Source: Rhizaria sp. SCN 62-66
Lineage: Eukaryota
Reading direction: 5' to 3'
Assembly (NCBI GenBank): GCA_001724265.1
Contig: MEDY01000345.1
Coordinates: 1 to 46,531 of the forward strand
Length of the DNA: 46,531 nucleotides
Every line of letters starts with the position of its first letter. Positions within the stretch are counted from its first letter, which is position 1. The notes beneath the pieces were generated by a model that searched no databases, was not told the origin of the DNA, and saw only the letters and a program-made list of their open reading frames with translations. The position numbers were made by a program, and so were the translations under genes. Of the stretch, positions 37,984 to 46,531 are shown one piece after another.

Positions 37984-40900
37984 ATGTCGAAGGACCTCAA
38001 GACCCCTTTGTTGGGTTCTCCGCCGCCCTCAGATGGCAATTTCCCCAAGTTTGCGCCCTCCGACTTTGCGTCTGACTCGTCAAGCTCGTTCTCGGCCTCT
38101 CATCCAAGCGGCAACAGTGCTGTCAACGCTAATAACACAGACTCCTATGTCATGCCTTCTTCAAGCTCCGTGTCGTCCATGAAGACCCCAGGCGGGCTCG
38201 CTGCAATCATCCAGCGACGTAAGGCGCGCTCACAGAGCAGCTCATTACCAGATTCCGCGAGCGACAGCAGCGAGAAGAAGGACAAGGGCGCGGCCCGCGA
38301 GGCCGTGTTGTGGACGCGGTGGATGCTCTCGCTGCTGCTTATCATCGCCGACGCGCTGCTGTGGGGTGTCGGCGTCTTCGCGGCCGAGTACGGGCTCAAT
38401 TGGGCGCGTTTTACGGCTGCGCTGGACCATTATGACGTTGAAAGCGACCTCGCCGACCTCATGGTGGCATCCGCAGTGCGTTGCTTTTTCGTGTTGTTCA
38501 ACCTTGTTACGCTGCGCAACGACGAGCGCCGCAGCGCCGTGCTCTCCTTCTTCTCCTACTGGTCTGTCGCGCTGTCCGCCATTGCCGTGGTGTGCAAGTG
38601 TATTCTCTACGCCGAGTGGGGCAACCGCGTCGCCCCGTCCGTGCTGCTCGCGCTGGCGGTGCCACTGACGCTGGCCCAGTTCTACGCGCAGACAGGCCTC
38701 CAGCGACCGCTGCGGCCCGGAGAGGGTGACCCAGTCACGGCCGAGGAGGTCGCCGCCAAGGCCGAGCGCGCGCGCGCCAATGCGGCGGCGTAGCAGCGCG
38801 CATCCGAAGTCGCTGCGACGCTGCAGGGGGCCGAGCTCGAGGCGCACCTCGCCAAGGAGGCCGCGCGCGCCAAGTCCGCTGCGTACGTCGAGACGACGCT
38901 GGCCAACTCTGCGGCGCTGTCGGCGTCGAAGCAGCGCATGCGCGGGCGCGAGCTACTGTTGCTGCTGCAGCCGTATTTCTGGCCCGACGGATGGGCGAAC
39001 CGCGTGCGCGTCGTACTCACGTGGATTGCGCTCGGCGCCTCGCGCGTTATGAGCATCATGGCGCCGCTCTTTGTTGGCCGCGCGACGGACATGCTCGTGC
39101 GCGACCACGAAGTGCCGTGGGTGTACATCTCTCTCTACTGCGCGCTGACGTTTGGCTCGACCGGGTTCAAGCAGCTGCAAGCGGTGTTTTACATGCGCGT
39201 GAAGCAAACGGCGTTTGCGCAGGTGTCGAGCTTCACGTTCCGCCACATCCACAGCTTGTCGCTGCAGTACCACCTGAATAAGAAACTCGGCAACGTGCTG
39301 CGCAGCATTGATCGCGGTATTTCCTCCGCCGAGACTGTCGTGTCGGCCGTGTTCCTGCTTATGCTGCCCGCGCTCGTCGAATGCACTGTGGTGTTTGTCA
39401 TCTTCTACATGCACTACAACGAGCCGCAACTCTCTGCTCTCGTCTTCGCGTTTGTTGTTGCGTACCTCGTGCTCACGGTCAAGCTTACGCTGATGCGCAA
39501 GAGTCTGCGCCGCGCAGCGAACAAGTACGACAACGAGCTGCACGACCGCGCGACGGACTCGCTCATAAACTACGAGACCGTCAAGTACTTTGGCAACGAG
39601 GAGTACGAGACCGCGCGCTACACTGAGGCCGTCACCAAGTTCCAGGTACGTTATCGAATGCTATTATTACATTATATTGAACTCCTCATCTCCTAAGACA
39701 TTGTTCCACTGAACTATATGACTAATTCGCCCCCAAATTTCCTTTATTTTTGATCGTATTGTTTCTTTCCAGTCGTACGCAGTGTCTACGCAGCGGTATA
39801 TGGCGCTGCTGAACGCTACTCAAACGATGACGATCCAATTTTGCCTCGCGTGCTGCATGTTCGTGACCGCGACGCGTGTGGCTGCGGGCGACATGACCAT
39901 CGGCCAGTTCTCGGCCATCAACGCCTACGTGCTGCAGGTTTTCGCGCCGCTTTCTGCGATGGGCAACCTGTACGACCAGATTGTGCAGGCTTTCACGGAC
40001 CTCGCGAACCTGTCTGAGCTGCTGGCGGAGGAGCCCGACGTTGTGGATGAGCCCGATGCGCGGCCGCTGCAGTTGCGTGATCCGGCCCGCGGCGCGACGA
40101 TCGAGTTCCGCGACGTGTGCTTCAACTACCCCGAGCAGACCGCAGGGCTGCGCAACATCAGCTTCACTGTGCCCGCGGGGACGACGACGGCGCTTGTCGG
40201 TACCACGGGCAGCGGCAAGTCGACGTGCGCGCGCCTGCTGTTCCGCTTCTTCGACCTGAAATCGGGACAGATCCTCATCGACGGACAGGACGCCAGCAAG
40301 GTCACGCAAGCCGGGCTGCGCGCGATGCTTAGCGTTGTCGGTCAAGACACCGTGCTATTTAACGACACGCTGTACCACAATATCTGCTACGGCCGCCTCA
40401 ACGCGACGCATGAGGAGGTCGAGGCTGCGTGTCGCAGCGCGCAGATTCTTGACTTCATCCTCTCGCTTAAGGCGCAGTTTGAGACCAAGGTCGGGGAGCG
40501 TGGTCTGCGCCTCTCCGGCGGCGAGCGCCAGCGCATTGCCATTGCACGCGCACTGCTTAAGGACTCCCCCATTGTGCTGCTCGACGAGGCCACTTCCGCG
40601 CTTGACACGGTCAAGGAGATGGAGATTCAGGTACGTTATCTCAACATCAATAGTCGGCTTCATGTAACACTTGGTGAAAGCGCTGCGAACAACATCATAT
40701 TGTAGTTTTTACTGAACTGGCGAATTTCTACTTAATTTCTCATGTTACTCACGTCTTGTTTGCTTCTTACACGTACACACAGGGCGCGCTGCGTTCCCTG
40801 GAGAAGGGCCGCACGACTCTTGTTATCGCGCACCGCCTGAGCACTGTGATGCACGCCGAGCAGATCCTTGTCCTGGAGCAGGGCGTGATCATTGAGCGCG

Positions 40901-41652
40901 GCACGCACGCCGAACTCATCGCCCTGGGCGGCAAGTACGCTGCGCTGTGGAACCAGCAGGCCACCAAGGCTACCGAAGACGCCGCGCGCGCCGCCGCCGA
41001 GGCGCAGGCCGAGGCCGAGGCCGAGATCGAGGCCGCCACCGAGCACAGCGGCAACGACGGCAAGCACGGCGCAGGCGCTGGCGCTGGGCCCCGCCGGCCC
41101 GGAGGCGTTAACACCACCTTCGGCGCCCCTTCCCCTGTGTCTGTCGGCACTGGCTCTGGCTCTGGCTCTGGCTCTGGCTTTGCTTCTGGTGCTGGCGCTG
41201 GTGCTGGACTGCCCCCGCGCGCGCCTGCGTTGCGCTCGCGCTCACCGTCACAGCCCACTCTGTTCTCCCCGTCCAACTCGTCCCACTCCCCTTCTCCCGC
41301 CGCCTCAGCGCCCGGGTCTGCGGCGGCGGCGTCGGTGGCCGTGACGGGCTCGGAGACGCCGTACGGCCGCCGCAGCCCCGCGGTCTCGGACGCGGGTTTC
41401 CGCGAGTATGTTGACAGCGAAGCGTTGATGCTGCCCTCGGTCGAGAGAGCCATGTCCTCCGCCGCCGCGGCCGCGGAAGCCGCCGCCGCCGAGGCCTTGC
41501 CGGAGCCGGAACCCCGCGTCGCCGGCGCAGCCCAGTCGCAGGCTAAGGCCGTGCCTGAGCTGGCCGATGCTGAGGAGGAAGAGGAGGAGCAACAACAGAC
41601 CCACTCGACTGCTGCTGGATCTGGCAAGAAGAAGGGCAAAGGCCGGAAGTAA
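37984..41652 (+). CDS. ABCB half-transporter, ABCB6/HMT1/ATM1 family, with an N-terminal extra TM domain (~1129 aa); exons 37984-39645, 39773-40630, 40783-41652; in-frame TAG at 38791-38793
   Basis: Family motifs [25 protein letters not shown]; Walker [10 protein letters not shown]; signature [15 protein letters not shown]; Walker [18 protein letters not shown]. Two phase-0 GTACGT..CAG introns. The linker 38794-38937 is open in frame after the TAG; TAA stop. Confidence 0.92.
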
Positions 41653-41950
41653 TCCGACCCGAGTCGAAGTACTCCTTCACTTACCCGCGGTGCTGCTGCG
41701 CCATGCTGGCGAGCAGCCTTGATATGTTTTAGTGTCTTTACTTTGCACTTCAATTATTTTTTTCTGTGTTTATTCTGTATCTTATGTTTTGTCGCCGTGT
41801 AAGCGTTGTGTCAATGCGCACCCGCAATTTCAGTTGCATCAAATATCAGTGTCGCTGGCCGCGTTTTCAGCCCTCTATTCAAGGACTCTGGGCGCGCGCA
41901 CACTGATCTTATCATTGCTCCGTATATTGCCACGCTGCGATGTACTGCTG

Positions 41951-41953
<3 letters not shown>

Positions 41954-41986
<33 letters not shown>
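41954..41986. repeat. Poly(T) homopolymer (~33 nt)
   Basis: Read directly; intergenic or 3'UTR. Confidence 0.85.
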
Positions 41987-42899
41987 CTCTGCGCGATACT
42001 CTGTATTGACTGCACATGCGTAATTTGCTACGTTTTGCATCGTGGGCGCAAGAAGGTGTTACTTTGCAACACCTTTTTTATGCACCCCCTTGCCCCCCTC
42101 CCTCCACTGTTCATTGATTGCCCCCATTTACCTCGTTACCCTTTCGTACTATTTCATGCAGTTTTGCTGTCTGCCGCTGCACTTGTGCTCAACACCACAA
42201 AAGCAACCGAACTGCTATGCTAGTGAATCTTCGTCGTCGTTTCGCAATCACATTATATGCCGTGTGTGGCTCTCTCGCGCGCTCGCTCCGCGCTCTCTGT
42301 CAGCTCCTGCCTTTGCTTTGTTTTACCACCAATATTTGTTTTCCGATAAGCTCTCATATATCTATGTCTCTCTGTACTAGTCTGTTCGAGCTATCTTGCT
42401 GTGTTATACGCTCACTGTATCTGTCGATCATGAGACGTGCGCTCGTGGACCCGCGTTGGTTGCGGTCTGTATCGCGCTTGTCCGACGATTGAGCAGCTGA
42501 TTGACAGCAGCACTACGATGTCTGGGACTATAATATATGTTGGTGCCATTGCAGGAGGCTCACTGTGATCTTTGGCTGTTATTTTTTCAAGTGGTTCTGA
42601 GATATATCTTTGTTCTCTCACTTACATGCTTTTTTTCTGTTCTAAGCCGGCCAAACGATTTTCTACGTGGATAATTTGAGCTTGAATACAAAATATGTCT
42701 TACATATTATAGTTCAAGTCTATAGTTTCTCTGGCTGGCGTCAGAATACATAATGCAGAGTGTTTTATAAAATCTCTTCGACTCGGACACTGGGCCGAAA
42801 AATCTGTGCGCACGGTCACTTTAATTTTGCGCGACCCGCCGCTTACCGCGTAGAGATGACCAAGCAAGAGGATGAAAGAGTTGCGCAAACCAAGTAAAC

Positions 42900-43696
42900 A
42901 TGGTACGTTGACATTTCTCTCATATCATATAATTTTCACTGCAATTTTCTATCTATTCTCTTCATTCACACTTTCTTTGACGGTCAGTGGCGGGTTCCCT
43001 ATCGCCTCAAAGTGGTGCGCATTGATTGAAGCACAGAAGCTCCACTTAATCATCTTTGCTGCCTTCCCACGCTCACTGTTGGCTTTGTTGTTTTCGTTAA
43101 CCAACTTCAATAGGTCGAGCACATCTGGCAGAAGCCCGCTAAGACGGGCAAGGTCTTTGGCAAGGGTAACCGCACCTGGTACGTCTCTCTTTGTCTCTTT
43201 GCCCTCTCAGTGAGGACTCTTTTGCTCAGTCATAGAATCTTGTTCCAGGTATTGCATGCACGTGACTTCTTTCATTGTGATTTTATTTGCTGGTATCTGC
43301 GATATTTGTTCTAATAATTGGCGTCCAGCTCACTCATAAACTCTTCTGTCTTATTGGTTGCCTGATCCCTATAGCCGTATCACTAACAACCACCGTGGTC
43401 TGATCCGCAAGTACGGCCTCTACGTCTCCCGTCGTTGCTTCCGTGAGATCCACAACGACCTCGGCTTCAAGAAGGTACGCTTGCCATCGTTTCTCCTTGA
43501 TGTCTCGTTCACGCGTGTTGCTTCACCAGAATATGCTTTGCGACTGCGCTCATGCGTGGTCATTTGCTACGTAATAACTGTGCATGCTTGTGCATGCTTG
43601 CTTTTCTCACATTAAGCTCACTGAACTTAACAACATTCACTCACTCCTCTGCTACTCACTTTCTGCAACCCCTACTTTCACACACAGCTGAACTAA
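42900..43696 (+). CDS. RPS29: 40S ribosomal protein S29 (uS14); exons 42900-42902, 43114-43178, 43375-43474, 43688-43696
   Basis: Spliced product MVEHIWQKPAKTGKVFGKGNRTCRITNNHRGLIRKYGLYVSRRCFREIHNDLGFKKLN* with the GLIRKYGL hallmark. Three phase-compatible GTACG..AG introns; TAA stop. Confidence 0.9.
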
Positions 43697-44446
43697 TGTT
43701 TCTGACCGATGACAACGTACTCCAACAGGGCAACTCAAGCATAATTGTTGCGGCTGTCGACTGGTATTGCTACATGGTGGCGTGACACCCCAAATACACT
43801 AAACTTTCAACCATTTGAACATTTTGTGTGCGTTATGATTTTTGTCGCTTGCGCCAACCAACAACGACTTGTCGAGTACGCCGCCAAAAAATAACTGTTG
43901 TGGTCATCAAATTCTTCCTGCGCAAACTTTCTTGCAAGTGTGACATCAAAAACAAGACTCGCTGAGCCTTGACGCACTTGTACACAAAATGATATTGAAC
44001 AGAACAACATGTATTGTCAAAAATAATCATTCCAGCTATTGGCTTTAAAAATTGAATGATTGTTCCTTGATATGAAGATAAATACTAACACTAATAAATA
44101 ATAAAGAAAATGCGTCGTTGCAGCAACGCGTGCGGTATGCGAGCAGACGCCACTATGTTGGCCTTACTCGGAGGAACAAATGAGGTCGTAAAAGAGCACT
44201 CTCAACCTTGCAGTTAGCCGTGCTCTCAATAAACTTTTCTCCTCTCGACCATACTTGATTGAGTCAACCTTGCAAGACGATGCAATGGCACAGACTTAAC
44301 TGGCAGCAACACAACAGCGTTAACGGACTGGCCGAGTGCCTAATAAGGATCGAAGTAAGTGTGCTCCATAGCATATTGGCGAAGTTCAGGAAGGGGTCGT
44401 CGAACGCCCCGCCTGCTGCTGCTGTTGCTGTTGCTGCGGCTGCGAC

Positions 44447-46531
44447 TTAAACTGCTGCTTCTATGACGGCGCGTGTCGCGCCGCCAAACGACGTGTCGGC
44501 GAGCAGCGACGCGAGGTCGATCAACCCCTAGTCGCCGCCGTCCAGGGCGGGCGCGGCCGCGGGCGGAGCATCACTAGAGCCGCTGGCGCCGGCGAAAGCG
44601 AGCATCACGAACGGGTCGCCGTCGTTCTGCTTCGGCTTGGCGGGGGTCGCCAAGTAATCTATACGCAGTCGTGATAAATCTATCGTTGATATGGTGTCGT
44701 TGTGAGTCGCGCACCTGTCCATTCTATCGCAACTCGAGATTCTGCTCAGCGATAGCGCGCTGCCACTGTCGTCGCGCTCGACATCGCCCAGCGCGGCAGG
44801 GACAATGCCTCTCTGCGACGTGCGCCGCGCCTGCGCCTGCGGGGAAGACACTGCGGAGCCTGCGGATGAACCCTCCGCGAACTACACGTCCGGAGCGCCC
44901 GACAAGGCCAACATGCGCTCGACGTCCTTGATCTTGATGCGGACGGCGCGCACTACGGGCATCGCGAAGTCGGACTTAGCCAGCTCGTCGGCGCTGGCGC
45001 AGGCGTTAATCACGTCCTCGAGCATCGTCGCCGACTCGGTCGCCGCGCGCGCCGGCGGGTCCGTCAGCGCCGTTGCAAGCGGGGTCAGCCGCTTAGCGCG
45101 CAAGACCGAGAGCAACTCAACATACCTACACTGAGGAGCATGTGGCGCAAATAACAATCACCATCGTAATGCATCCACGATAACGCCATGACAATGCACG
45201 GATTTACGTGGTGACTGCAGTACAAACTCACGCAGCCCTTGCCAGTAACTGCGCCAGTCACTTGGGCACCCATTGGATGCGAGCATTGTCGACTGACTCG
45301 TTGACATCCTGCATGGGTACATCGGCAATAATAGCATAACACCCAAGCGCAGCTGTGCAAATAAGCGGGTGTTCCTGATTGTGGGCTTTCTCTACGACAT
45401 AGCAGTAGTCAACATGCACATTATTGACAAGAAATTTCTTGCCATTTTTGTCACTCAGAAGCCCCTAGAATTTACGCTGAAAGCTACCTTTGAGGTCTGA
45501 TGCACGATCGCGATATCGCCAGTGCTGAACAGGGGTTGTGACGTACTCGACCTGTAAGAGAGTGATACGCAGATCAACGGCTGGGATACCCGATAAGTCC
45601 TCGCTACTACTTGCACCCGTGTCATTAACTGCGTTCAAGAGCGCGGCAGTACTCGACTTTGTGCCAGGAGCAGCGTTGACGAGTACCTTTGAGCACGGCG
45701 TCGGGTCCTCCTTGGCAAAACGGTATGCGTCGACTGCAACATGATTGAGGTCCTCGGGGAAAGCCATGATGGCATGTTGGTTGTCATTAGCTAGTAGCTG
45801 CAACACAAAGTGTTCGAGCTTCTCTGCCACATGATCTGCCGTTAGCGCAACACCAGAAATAGTATTGCATGGCGTGTCGTCTGTAGCTTGGCTTGAAGAA
45901 ATCTTTGCCATCAGCGACAACTGTGAAAGGCCCGAAGAAGTCGCCGTGTCAATGACGTAGCCAGTCGAAGAACCCCGGGTCTATGAGCGCTTTAACGCAT
46001 AGACTCGAAAGGGCTGAGGGTGATTGCATGCGAACAAAGCTGCCTTGAAAAAAGAACCTTTAGCACTGGAAGTAAGAGGCTGAAAAAAGAACGAACGAAT
46101 AGCACACATCCCGGCGATATTCTGTTCACTCTTTTCCGCGATCACCTGGTTTAACACCCAAGCAGCCAACTCCGAGGTTACCATGAAGACAGGTTTCCGC
46201 CAGATTTTGACTTTTTTTTTCGGGTCGGATTCACTGTTTTCCGGGTCGGATTCATTGTGTTCCGAGTCGGATGCATCATGGCTGCAAGACCTGTAGGAAA
46301 ACAAGTGACCTGAGTCGATTGCAGGCAGCACAACAAGGTGGCGCGCTTCATGGTTGCGTGCAAGTGAGGCGCTGTTGCTCGAATATGCTTCAATAGAGCA
46401 AGGTGGTGACTGAATTGTAACGAAATGAGAGACATCAGGCGTGGACAGGCGGTATAGGAATGACAAAGATTGGAATACCGAATCAGGCATGTTGCGGACA
46501 ACGTCAAGCATGATTTCAGCGTTAAAATATT
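44447..46531 (-). CDS. 5'-partial hypothetical gene (or decaying gene) with four in-frame TAG codons (45981, 45465, 44882, 44528); junction near 45130-45320 unresolved
   Basis: ORFs 45981..46511 and 45465..45920 are co-frame, and the frame is open from the window end to a TGA at 45258 except for two TAGs. ORFs 44882..45157 and 44528..44851 are co-frame and open to a TAA at 44447 except for two TAGs. Joining the two blocks needs an intron without a consensus donor. No recognisable domain. Confidence 0.45.

Noticed and set aside
3944-38793. In-frame TAGs as random nonsense mutations, sequencing errors or A-to-I edited (UAG>Trp) sites
   Set aside because: Random damage should also create TAA and TGA and would not explain the absence of TAG at gene ends. 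Contexts such as Q*QQQ fit Gln better than Trp. Not formally excluded without reads.
41732-42890. ORFs between the ABC transporter and RPS29
   Set aside because: T-rich, no codon bias, includes a poly(T) tract; consistent with UTR or intergenic DNA.
42975-43047. Possible intronic snoRNA or hairpins in RPS29 intron 1 (CTTTGA/TCAAAG and AAGTGG/CCACTT)
   Set aside because: The stems are short and overlap, and I found no convincing C/D or H/ACA boxes. An Infernal search would be needed.
257-46531. Ciliate-type code with both UAA and UAG as Gln
   Set aside because: TAA is the terminal codon at well-defined protein ends (Rab21 CCS*, RPS29, RBX1, Tim10, acyltransferase, ABC transporter). Only one doubtful internal TAA was seen, at 44447.

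Overview
This is a gene-dense eukaryotic nuclear window, probably from a protist. It has GC-rich, Ala-rich coding regions, AT-richer spacers and short (~110-240 nt) GT-AG introns. I can support about 15 genes: a giant TCAIM/DUF4460-like mitochondrial protein, a small membrane protein, RBX1, a small Tim (Tim10-like), a CUE/F-box/LRR protein, a SHIPPO-repeat protein, Rab21, a PlsC acyltransferase, SF3B5, an ATP synthase i/j-like subunit, a RING-H2 protein, an ABCB6/HMT1-like transporter, RPS29 and two unknown genes. There is also a decayed pogo/DDE_1 transposase. The main result is that the organism appears to use a non-standard nuclear genetic code. Nine TAG codons in five genes sit in frame inside otherwise continuous coding sequence, while none of the 14 gene ends I could define uses TAG (all TAA or TGA). 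One TAG lies inside a Gln run (CAG-TAG-CAA-CAG-CAG), suggesting UAG=Gln with UAA kept as stop. This uncoupling of UAG from UAA is rare. The supplied ORF track fragments these genes because it assumes the standard code.
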